This document shows, piece after piece, positions 40,762 through 49,413 of a DNA stretch of 64,000 bases. This stretch comes from Cyanobacteria bacterium P01_A01_bin.123. GTDB taxonomy: Bacteria; Cyanobacteriota; Cyanobacteriia; Phormidesmidales; Phormidesmidaceae. The notes under the pieces are model-generated. The model was not told where the DNA came from. It saw only the letters and a list, made by a program, of their open reading frames with translations, and did not search any database. Numbering within the stretch: the stretch's first letter is position 1; every line of letters begins with the position of its first letter. The position numbers and the translations under genes were made by a program. The stretch spans positions 121,313 through 185,312 of the forward strand of contig JBCBZT010000012.1 of the NCBI GenBank assembly GCA_039815185.1, in the 5' to 3' direction.

Positions 40762-41082
40762 ATGAAACGCATTGTCATTGCCGGTTTTTCAGTATTAGTT
40801 CTATCTTTATCTGCCGTCGCGGCTAAGGCCCAAACCGACTCGACCCCCGTACAAGTTCGTCAACTGACGCCTGCCCAATTGGTCGATTTTGCCTATCGGG
40901 GTCAGATAGACGGCATTCCCGGATTCCAGCGGTTTGTTAGAGCCCGTTATCAGGCTGACGAACTTGTGCAGCAGGCGGCTGAAGCTGGTGCGATCGCTCC
41001 GGAGACAGTTGAGGATGGCCAGTATATCAACGCAGTTAGAAGCCAACTGCGCGGCTTCCGACCCCACCGTTTCAACGATTAG
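40762..41082 (+). CDS. Hypothetical secreted protein
   Basis: AAGGAG RBS; signal peptide MKRIVIAGFSVLVLSLSAVAAKA. Confidence 0.7.
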   Translation: MKRIVIAGFSVLVLSLSAVAAKAQTDSTPVQVRQLTPAQLVDFAYRGQIDGIPGFQRFVRARYQADELVQQAAEAGAIAPETVEDGQYINAVRSQLRGFRPHRFND

Positions 41083-41119
41083 TCGCTGGTAATCATCTTG
41101 GCAATTTACGATCCAACCC

Positions 41120-41230
41120 CTACACGACTGCAGGAGAACTTAAAAGCCACCACAGCAGTACTGCCAGGATAAGGACGCTTAGTTTGACTACGATATAAAG
41201 TGTCCCGGTTGGATGAATGAGGGAATACAT
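41120..41230 (-). CDS. Unannotated 36-aa hydrophobic peptide
   Basis: GGAGG RBS 5 nt before ATG; MYSLIHPTGTLYIVVKLSVLILAVLLWWLLSSPAVV. Confidence 0.5.
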   Translation of the reverse strand: MYSLIHPTGTLYIVVKLSVLILAVLLWWLLSSPAVV

Positions 41231-41657
41231 CGCGACCTCCTTGGATAACAGCCGTTGACGTAGCCGCTCTGTAGGGGCTATGTCAGCTTTCAAGGCTATG
41301 TGCTTAGCGGCTCTGCGCTGCTTTTATTGTCTCGTTTTCCCTGGATTAGGGTACAGCGGATTGACGATTCGTTAGACGTCTAGTTCCCTGATAGCGTTCG
41401 TAGGATTACGGATTTTTAGACGGGTGCTTCAACGAGGCTTTGATCAGAATTGCGTAGTTCTGGCGAAGCTAGTTCTAGTTGCAGAGGCGAGAATAGGTTT
41501 AATTCTGGAGAACGCAACACAGAGGTTGCCAGACATCCATGGGGGCAATTTGGATGGCTTGGTGCTCTGCTGAGGAAAGCGTCCTTACAGGTGAGCTGCC
41601 TGACCCTGGGGGCTTTATAGGGTCAGGCAATTTTTTTCTTTCTACAATTAGATTGCT

Positions 41658-41849
41658 TCAACAATCAGCAGGATTGTTGCGAATGTGGTCAATTGCGGCA
41701 AATAGGGCATCCAGCATGAGCCTAATGCCGAGGGCGCGGGCGACTTGGCTGACCCCAAGGGCTGTTGCGCCACCCTGATCGATACAGGCGATCGCAGCCC
41801 TGACGACATCTTGCTGCGACAGCGAATTTTCTTGAGTTGGACGACCCAT
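41658..41849 (-). pseudogene. TetR-class regulator remnant (internal deletion)
   Basis: LSQQDVVRAAIACIDQGGATALGVSQVARALGIR stops mid-HTH and joins a short C-terminal-like tail. Confidence 0.65.
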
Positions 41850-41855
41850 GGGTGC

Positions 41856-42695
41856 TTACTTCGGTCGAGCGACGTGAAAAGCAGAAACATAGGATAACTG
41901 AACTGCCTCTCCATGTTGCATCAGCACTTGCCGCAATCCTTCAAATAGGGGCTGCTTTTGCTGTGGCTCCAATTTCAAGTGGGGAGAATAGGTACTCAAC
42001 AGCAGCAAATACTCGTCGATCGAGTACGTTACCTCGACCTCCAGGTTTCCAAAGACAACATCTTTGAATTGCCCCGACGCGATCGCCATCTGCCCTAGCT
42101 GATCGAGGATAGCGACTTGGGTATCCCTATCTTCATAGACACGATTGAGCGATGGGGCATGGGTTTGATAAACCGTTAATAGCTGCTGAAAGACTTCGTA
42201 CCGGGGTTGGAGTTCTTTGTTCCACAGTAAAATCAGATGCCCACTGGGGCGCAACGCTGCCGCTGCTTTTGGGTAGCCTGTTTCGGGGGGAATCCAATGG
42301 AACGAACTGGCGGCCAGCACCGCGTCGAATTTTTGAGGGGCCAATTCCCATTCCTCAAACGCGCAGTTTTGGAGCGTGACGTTGGGATACGGTTCGCAAG
42401 TGTGTTGAGCCAGGTGATAAAACTCTGGATTGGGTTCGACACAAGTCATGACACAACCCAGGGCGGCAAAGGCAGGCGTCGCGATTGCAGGCCCACAGCC
42501 GATTTCTAACAGGCTTGACTGGCTAGAAAGTTGGGCAATGTCGATCACCTGGTCAATCAAGGCTTGGGGATAGCGGGGGCGCACCTGTTGGTAGGCTTTG
42601 GCCGCAGGAGAATACCAGGTTTTCCGCTGCGCTAAGTCTCTGCCATGGCAATGTTCACGAAGGGTTTGCTCTAAGTCTTTCATCATCAATATCAA
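41856..42695 (-). CDS. Class I SAM-dependent methyltransferase
   Basis: YQQVRPRYP, LLEIGCGP, CVEPN, FDAVLAASSFHW. Confidence 0.88.
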   Translation of the reverse strand: MILMMKDLEQTLREHCHGRDLAQRKTWYSPAAKAYQQVRPRYPQALIDQVIDIAQLSSQSSLLEIGCGPAIATPAFAALGCVMTCVEPNPEFYHLAQHTCEPYPNVTLQNCAFEEWELAPQKFDAVLAASSFHWIPPETGYPKAAAALRPSGHLILLWNKELQPRYEVFQQLLTVYQTHAPSLNRVYEDRDTQVAILDQLGQMAIASGQFKDVVFGNLEVEVTYSIDEYLLLLSTYSPHLKLEPQQKQPLFEGLRQVLMQHGEAVQLSYVSAFHVARPK

Positions 42696-42803
42696 AAAGT
42701 TAATATCGTTAACTAAATTCGAAATTAATTAACTGATAAAGTGCCAATCGCTGAGAGAAGCGATGAAGCAATTGGGAAAATGCAACTGAGGGGATGTTAA
42801 CCG

Positions 42804-43030
42804 ATGAGTGAACTCGTGTTCTTGCCTGCCTATCAACTGGCTCAGATGATTCGCGATCGCGTTGTTTCTGTAACAGTGGGCATCCTGCTGTGGTCATTCC
42901 CATCGGCCAAACTCAAACTGGATTGCCCATCGGGTTGCAGATTGTTGGTAAGCGCTGGCGCGAGATGGAACTGTTAGCGATCGCCCAAAAGATTGACCAC
43001 ATCGTGGGTCATTTCGAGGCGCCAACATTA
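42804..43030 (+). pseudogene. Amidase-signature family remnant: N-terminus joined out of frame to C-terminus
   Basis: MSELVFLPAYQLAQMIRDRVVS then SGHPAVVIPIGQTQTGLPIGLQIVGKRWREMELL; catalytic core missing. Confidence 0.75.
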
Positions 43031-44269
43031 AAGCAACATCCCCGCGATCGCAGCCGTCATAAAACACGCCAAACTACCCGCAATCATCGCCCGTAACCCA
43101 ATCCTGGCCAAGTCATGCTGACGGCTCGGGGCCATGCCGCCAATCCCCCCGATTTGAATACCGATTGACCCAATATTGGCAAACCCACACAGCGCGTAAG
43201 TTGCAATCACAATTGCCCGGTCGGAAACCGTCGCGGCTTCTTCACTAGCGCCAGGAATCACGCTGGTGCCTTCAATCAGGGTTTGCAAATCTAGATAAGC
43301 AATAAATTCGTTGAGGATCGTCTTCTTGCCTAGCAGTACCCCCACTTGCCCACAATCCGCCCAGGGTACCCCCATCAACCAAGCCACCGGGGCCAAGGCA
43401 TAGGCAAAGATCAGTTCCAACGATAGATTGGGCAATCCTACCAAGCCACCGATCCAGCCCACCAGTGCATTGACCGCTGCCAATAGGGCCAAAAAGGCAA
43501 TCAGCATAGCCGCAATATTGAGGGCCAGCTTCAACCCATCTAGGGCACCCACGGTGATGGCATCAATCACATTGACCGAAGTGCGCTCAACCTCTAGCTT
43601 TACGTCTCCTGCTGTGGGGGGTACTTCAGTTTCGGGGTACATCAGCTTAGAAATAGCTAACCCCGCCGGAGCCGACATCACCGATGCTGCAATCAAATGC
43701 TCTGCCGGAACTCCAAAGGAGATAAACGCTGCCAACACGCCCCCCGCTACCGTCGCAAAGCCGCCCGTCATAATGGCATGTAGCTCAGACATCGTCATTG
43801 ATGCCACATAGGGTTTCACCACTAACGGCGCTTCCGATTGCCCTACAAAAATGTTCGCTGCCGCCGATAGGGATTCAGCCCCAGACGTGCGCATTGTGCG
43901 AATCATCAACTGTGCGATCACCTGCACAATGCGCTGAAGCAAGCCATAGTGGTACAAAATACTGATGAATGCCGAAAAGAAAATTACCGTCGGCAATACC
44001 TTAAACGCAAAGAAAAAGTCTCGGAAATTTTCCCCAAACACAAAGGCAGCACCCGCGTCAGTGAAGTCGAGGAACTGCGTCACCAGATTGCCTAAGAACT
44101 GAAATACCCCTAGCCCAATGGGTGTACGCAAAATGAACAGCGCCAAAATTAGCTGGATGCCAATGCCCCACGCCACCGTTCGCCACCGCACCGCCTGCCG
44201 ATTTACAGACAACCCATAAGCAATGCCCACAAACACCACCAAGCCCAATAGGGAAATGCCCCGCTCCAT
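43028..44269 (-). CDS. NupC/CNT family nucleoside transporter
   Basis: FFAFKVLPTVIFFS, ANIFVGQSEAP, GGFATVAG, NEFIAY, YALCGFAN. Confidence 0.92.
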   Translation of the reverse strand: MERGISLLGLVVFVGIAYGLSVNRQAVRWRTVAWGIGIQLILALFILRTPIGLGVFQFLGNLVTQFLDFTDAGAAFVFGENFRDFFFAFKVLPTVIFFSAFISILYHYGLLQRIVQVIAQLMIRTMRTSGAESLSAAANIFVGQSEAPLVVKPYVASMTMSELHAIMTGGFATVAGGVLAAFISFGVPAEHLIAASVMSAPAGLAISKLMYPETEVPPTAGDVKLEVERTSVNVIDAITVGALDGLKLALNIAAMLIAFLALLAAVNALVGWIGGLVGLPNLSLELIFAYALAPVAWLMGVPWADCGQVGVLLGKKTILNEFIAYLDLQTLIEGTSVIPGASEEAATVSDRAIVIATYALCGFANIGSIGIQIGGIGGMAPSRQHDLARIGLRAMIAGSLACFMTAAIAGMLL

Positions 44270-44357
44270 CTGACCTCCTCAATGAGACTATCGGGCATTG
44301 TCATACAACAGAGGGCCTCGAAACTGTCACCCAGGTATATTCTTCAGAATTTTGACT

Positions 44358-44864
44358 TCAATCGGTTGGTTGCGCCCGCTGCCGAAAATGTTCAAAGTCG
44401 ATCACATTAGAGCTGCGGGCTGTGTGCCAAATGTCGTCGATCAGGTTGTTCAAAGGCGGAATCGCCACCAACATAAACTGCCCGACGTTTTTGCCTGCCA
44501 CTTTCATCACCTGGGGCACATCTGACCAATCGGGCATTACCCAACCCACATCGTCGTTAATCACCACCAAATATTTATCTTTAAGACTCGTGTCAAATCC
44601 ACTCTTGCCTAGAAATTCAACAATTTTGCGGATCGTTTGCAGCGATAGCTTTCGCCTCAGGTGGTTGATGGCTCGAATTTCTAGAATTTGCTCCCAAGTA
44701 TAGACAAGCTGAACCGGATGGAGCTGTTCGCCTTTTTGAGGCACAACAATACCTGTGCGCGCCAGATAAGCCAACCGTGCCGTTGTCGTTTTAGTCAAAA
44801 TCAGCGCCTCTTGGCGCGTAAAGCTTTGCCGGACTGCCGTGTCGGAACTTGAGGAAAGTCTCAT
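44358..44864 (-). CDS. MerR-like HTH protein
   Basis: FTRQEALILT..RLAYLARTGIVVP..YTWEQILEIRAI..LSLQTIRK. Confidence 0.7.
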   Translation of the reverse strand: MRLSSSSDTAVRQSFTRQEALILTKTTTARLAYLARTGIVVPQKGEQLHPVQLVYTWEQILEIRAINHLRRKLSLQTIRKIVEFLGKSGFDTSLKDKYLVVINDDVGWVMPDWSDVPQVMKVAGKNVGQFMLVAIPPLNNLIDDIWHTARSSNVIDFEHFRQRAQPTD

Positions 44865-45039
44865 GGCCGGTGGGGGGAAGGAATGACTCTACCTGTAGCG
44901 GTTTTTAAAGCTATTTTCTATCGGAGAACACTACATCCAAACTAAGCGAGAACCCTAAATAAATAAATGAGAACGCGTGTTCTATATCAGTTACAGATTT
45001 GAGACAACTCCCCATCAGACTGCATTTGGGTCGTTCACC

Positions 45040-45212
45040 AAACACGGTCAAGAAATGTGAACGGGGAAGAGACTACTCCTGACTGTAGCTGCCGCCATAA
45101 GAGCAGGACCGTAAACAGTCCAGAAATCACGAAGGGAGCAGCTTCCAACCTAACCTCAAGTTGCGGTAGACCTACAGCCGCGATCGCACCCCTTCCGTAA
45201 AACCACCTGTGC
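45040..45212 (+). ncRNA. ssrS: Probable 6S RNA
   Basis: Nested pairings CACGG/CTGTG, ACGG..GAAG/CTTCCGT, CTGTAG/CTACAG, CTGCCGC/GCGGTAG give a long rod of ~170 nt; ACTACTCCTG and GGGAGCAGCTTCC resemble cyanobacterial 6S as recalled from memory; ends approximate. Confidence 0.55.
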
Positions 45213-45523
45213 TGATGCTGTAAAACCTGTTTGGCTTAAATGAAATCAGTGCTATTACTTAGTAAATTATATCACCCTAAAAAACGCATAAAGCTCAAAA
45301 CTCCTATTATAAAAGCCAATTAAAGCTCAGTATATGCGGATGACGATCTGGTTTTCGGATTGCTAGGCTAGGGTCACACAGAAATTATCGGTGTCAATTA
45401 ACACTTTTTGTTTGGCCATACGTAGTTTAACGTCGTGGCGATTGCTTTGACACTGGGTGCATCTGCGACTTCTGGAGTGGGTCACACTTCAGCACTGGCA
45501 TAGATTTCAGCAACGGAAACCTT

Positions 45524-46372
45524 ATGAAACACAAAAGACTCAAGCACATTTTAGGAGTCATGTCTGTCGCGACTTGCTTGGTGGCCGCCTCCGGGGGGAA
45601 TGCCCACGCAATTCGGATTGATTTCGACGAAGCAGAACTACCCGGTTATGGCGTGGACATCACCGATCAATTGCAAGCCGAATACGGTTTGACCCTAAGT
45701 GCCTCAAACAAAAACAATCGTAATAGTTCCAAAGATCTGTGGTTGTACAACTCCAGTTGCGATCCCTCTGGTGGTTGTGTCGGCGGCGACCCTGACCTAG
45801 CCACGGGTACAGGGTCTTACAACCATAATGGTTGGAAAATTCGGTACAACACCCCCGATCAAGGCAATGTCTTGATTGTTCAAGAAAACAACCACACGCC
45901 AGATGACGATGCTGGTGGCGGTTGGATTAACTTTGACTTCGATCAAGCCATCGACTTTCGCAATATCGCCTTGTTGGATTTAGACGACGGCGAAGATCCG
46001 AAATTTGAGTTTACTTTTGCCAACGGGGCAACTCACGAATGGACCTTCTCCGACAACGACGACGAAGTCAGCTTTGTTCGGGATAATGAGAACAAAAATT
46101 GGTCGTCTAAGGAAACCAAAGATGGTGAAACGACCCGGAAAAACGAGAACAATTCTCTAAGAGAATATGATTTCTCGGGCCTCAGCGACGATGAACACGA
46201 CTTCACCCAGGTGACAGGGTTTGGCGTACGACTGCCTAGTAGTGGCGCTGTGGCTTACCTAGAGTACTTCCGCGAAGTTGAAGAGCCGAATGTCAAAGTA
46301 CCTGAACCGGCTTCACTGCTGGGGCTAGCTGCCGTCGGCATGTTTGGTTATCGTCTAAAGCGCAAGCGCTAG
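45524..46372 (+). CDS. PEP-CTERM secreted protein, Asp/Asn-rich
   Basis: Signal peptide; C-terminal VPEPASLLGLAAVGMFGYRLKRKR. Confidence 0.85.
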   Translation: MKHKRLKHILGVMSVATCLVAASGGNAHAIRIDFDEAELPGYGVDITDQLQAEYGLTLSASNKNNRNSSKDLWLYNSSCDPSGGCVGGDPDLATGTGSYNHNGWKIRYNTPDQGNVLIVQENNHTPDDDAGGGWINFDFDQAIDFRNIALLDLDDGEDPKFEFTFANGATHEWTFSDNDDEVSFVRDNENKNWSSKETKDGETTRKNENNSLREYDFSGLSDDEHDFTQVTGFGVRLPSSGAVAYLEYFREVEEPNVKVPEPASLLGLAAVGMFGYRLKRKR

Positions 46373-46419
46373 TGGTTGTCCCAGTAAACTTAATAGGCAA
46401 ATCGCGTTTTAGATGATAG

Positions 46420-46526
46420 CGCTGGCCAGATTGCTTAATGCACCTAGTATCGCTGGGGTGCTGAACACACAAGCAATCTGGCTTGCCGTAGCGGTAGCGC
46501 ACAAAGCTTTGTGGCTACGGCTATAC
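46420..46526. repeat. Dispersed palindromic repeat, copy B
   Basis: Aligns by eye with 1006-1107. Confidence 0.8.
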
Positions 46527-47000
46527 ATTTTGCAAACTGTGAAAAAGGTGGCCGGGGGTGATTTTGGTGCAGCCTGCTTCGGTTGCGACCCAATAGAGAA
46601 TGCCCCGCCGCAATCGTGAGTATAGACCACACAGGGTTTTGCCAGCAGGAATAATCCGCGTTACGGTGCTGTAGGTGTCGGCTTCGACAATTCGATAAGG
46701 GACGCCGATGGACTGCAAATAATTGGGCAAGACATGGGTAGGGAAACCCGGTTGTTTTTGATCAAGATTAAATGCCAGCAACTCAAATTCAATGGGAGCC
46801 CGACGTTGCAAATCTGATAGCAGATCAAGCAGGGTATAGGAATCTTTTCCACCCGAGAGACAAACCATGACGCGATCGCCTGCGGTGATCAGACCATAAT
46901 CTGCGATCGCCCGATCCACCAACCCCCGCAGTTTTGTCGCTAACTTTTGGGTTACCCGCCTATTCAAAGCTTGAGATGATTGTACCGGAGGACTGTCCAT
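46521..47000 (-). pseudogene. ttcA: Truncated tRNA 2-thiocytidine synthetase TtcA
   Basis: [28 protein letters not shown]; CxxC degraded to CGLY; ends at KITPGH next to repeat copy B. Confidence 0.8.
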
Positions 47001-47186
47001 ACAGAGGAATGATATGGCTTTGAGAATATTCTAATTAAGGCTACTCCGAAGTAAATAAATGCTCGACCTCGATGGCTGAAGCAAATGGCCTGAAAGAGTG
47101 TGACACTCACGCTACTGACCTAAAGGTTAACGGTTGCTTCTAAGCGCTCGTATAAGATTCCAGGATAGCTTAACCGTCAACAGATC

Positions 47187-47618
47187 ATGCGTGTGCCTAG
47201 CTATTTGTGGTTACCAATTTTTTGGTTGCAGCTCCACAATATTTTGATACTTGTCGGAATTTGCGGTATTGTCTTTTTCACCTACACCGCACCAGATACC
47301 CCAGTAGCCGGGTTGCTGAAGTATCTCACACCTATTATTTGTATAGTTTTGGCAGGTATTGCTGTCTTGACGCAGGCAATCATCTTGATGCTAGTGCGAT
47401 TGACAAAAGGCATGCTCGGTTTGATTATTATTGTCGCTGTATTCTTATTTGTCTGCTCTTCTCGCGCTAGTTTTTTCTTTTCAGCAATTGTTGTATCAGC
47501 CTTCTACCCAGCTGAAGTTCCGGTATTTATAGCTTGGCTATATTTTGTATTGTGGATTGCTAGCATTATGTTGCTTATGCGCCCGAGAACATGGGTGCTA
47601 TTTAGGGAGTCTAGATAG
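47187..47618 (+). CDS. Hypothetical four-TM membrane protein (AT-rich)
   Basis: 143-aa highly hydrophobic ORF. Confidence 0.55.
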   Translation: MRVPSYLWLPIFWLQLHNILILVGICGIVFFTYTAPDTPVAGLLKYLTPIICIVLAGIAVLTQAIILMLVRLTKGMLGLIIIVAVFLFVCSSRASFFFSAIVVSAFYPAEVPVFIAWLYFVLWIASIMLLMRPRTWVLFRESR

Positions 47619-47738
47619 GTTGTTAATGTGCCTAATCGCATGGCTGTTTTGGGTCTAGTCTAGTAACTTTGCATTTCTTGCAGGGTGAGCTAACAATAGT
47701 AAAGCGATCGCCAACAGTCAAACCCTATTTTCTAGTTC

Positions 47739-49358
47739 ATGAAGCGGTTTACGCAACTTTTTCAGCAGGTAGATGCCACCACTTCGACTAACGCCAAAGT
47801 TGCGGCGCTACAGCATTATTTTGAGCAAGCGGAGCCCGTCAATGCGATTTGGGCTATCCATCTATTTCTGGGCAAGACGCGCAAACGGTTAGTGACCTCG
47901 CGGGTGTTGCGGGTTATTTTTTTGCAGATCTCTGAAATCCCAGAATGGCTGTTTGAAGATTGCTATGCCCATGTGGGCGACTCGGCAGAGGTGATTGCCC
48001 TGTTGCTCAAGGACACGCCATTAAAGCATCAAACACCGCTAGATGCCCCGCTCCACGAATGGATGGAGCAGTTGATTCCCCGTGTTAAACAAGTTGATTC
48101 TGAAGAGGCCCAGCGAGATTTGATTGTGTCTTGGTGGGGCTCGCTGCAACCCTTTGAAGTGTTTGTGCTCAATAAGGTGCTAACCGGGGCCTTTCGGGTC
48201 GGGGCATCGAGCAAATTGGTGATTCGGGCGCTGGCCCAGGCTTGTGGCGTCCCAGAGGCGGTGTTGACCCATCGGTTGATGGGGGAGTTTGAACCCACCC
48301 CCGAGTTTTATCTGCAGTTGACGAGTCCAGAAGCAGCAGAAACGGCTCCCAGCCAACCCTATCCTTTCTTTCTAGCAGCGCAAATTGACGACGCTAAGTT
48401 TGCCGAAGAAAATATGGCCCAGTGGCAGGCGGAGTGGAAGTGGGACGGCATTCGGGCTCAGGTGATCAAGCGGGCGGATGAGGTGTTTATCTGGTCGCGG
48501 GGGGAGGATTTAGTCACCCATCAGTTTCCTGAAATTGAGGCGTATTGCTTGGCGAATGTGGATAACGGGATGGTGTTTGACGGGGAGATTTTGTGTTGGC
48601 AACCCGGTGGCGATCGCCCGATGAACTTCAACGCCCTGCAAAAGCGGTTGGGTCGTAAGCGGGTGACGAAAAAGCTACAGCAAGAGAATCCGGTGCGCTT
48701 GGTGGCCTATGACCTATTGGAGCAGGCTGGGCAAGATGTGCGTGAAAAGCCCCTCAGCGATCGCAGACAGATGCTTTTAAGCCTATTACAAACCACTGAG
48801 GGGGATTTGATTACGCCGTCTGAATGTGTGGCGTTTGAAAGTTGGGATGATTTGGTGGCGCTAAGGGGGCGATCGCGCCAAGTGGGCGCTGAGGGGTTAG
48901 TGATTAAAGCGATTAATAGCCCTTATTTGGTCGGACGCAAGCGGGGATATTGGTGGAAATATAAGGTAGACCCGATGAGTCTGGATGCGGTGCTGATTTA
49001 TGCCCAGGCGGGTAGCGGCAAGCGGGCAAACTTGTTTACAGACTATACCTTTGCTCTGTGGAAGGGAGATGAATTGGTGCCTTTTGCCAAGGCTTATTCT
49101 GGGTTAGACAATGCGGAAATCAACAAGCTAGATAAGTGGATTCGCCGCCACACAACAGAGCGGTTTGGCCCAGTGCGCTCGGTAGAACCGCTGCACGTGT
49201 TTGAAATTGGTTTTGAAGGCATCACCCAATCAAATCGGCATAAATCGGGGATTTCGGTGAGGTTTCCCCGCATTTTGCGATGGCGAACGGATAAGCCGAC
49301 TCAGGAGGCAGATAGTTTGGATGCGGCGTTTCAGTTGTTGGAAACTTATCAGGGATGA
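47739..49358 (+). CDS. ATP-dependent DNA ligase
   Basis: EWKWDGIRAQ, FDGEIL, AYDLL, EGLVIK, WWKYK, SVRFPR. Confidence 0.93.
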   Translation: MKRFTQLFQQVDATTSTNAKVAALQHYFEQAEPVNAIWAIHLFLGKTRKRLVTSRVLRVIFLQISEIPEWLFEDCYAHVGDSAEVIALLLKDTPLKHQTPLDAPLHEWMEQLIPRVKQVDSEEAQRDLIVSWWGSLQPFEVFVLNKVLTGAFRVGASSKLVIRALAQACGVPEAVLTHRLMGEFEPTPEFYLQLTSPEAAETAPSQPYPFFLAAQIDDAKFAEENMAQWQAEWKWDGIRAQVIKRADEVFIWSRGEDLVTHQFPEIEAYCLANVDNGMVFDGEILCWQPGGDRPMNFNALQKRLGRKRVTKKLQQENPVRLVAYDLLEQAGQDVREKPLSDRRQMLLSLLQTTEGDLITPSECVAFESWDDLVALRGRSRQVGAEGLVIKAINSPYLVGRKRGYWWKYKVDPMSLDAVLIYAQAGSGKRANLFTDYTFALWKGDELVPFAKAYSGLDNAEINKLDKWIRRHTTERFGPVRSVEPLHVFEIGFEGITQSNRHKSGISVRFPRILRWRTDKPTQEADSLDAAFQLLETYQG

Positions 49359-49413
49359 GCCACCTGCATCAAGACGCAAGAGTTGTGCAAACTACGAAGG
49401 CAGTGCCGTGTTC

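Noticed and set aside
44358..45212. CAST regulator CvkR with tracrRNA, or SRP RNA
   Set aside because: No cas12k or tns genes; the SRP-like CAGGACCG and GAAGGGAGCAGC pieces are 19 nt apart; a 6S-like rod fits better
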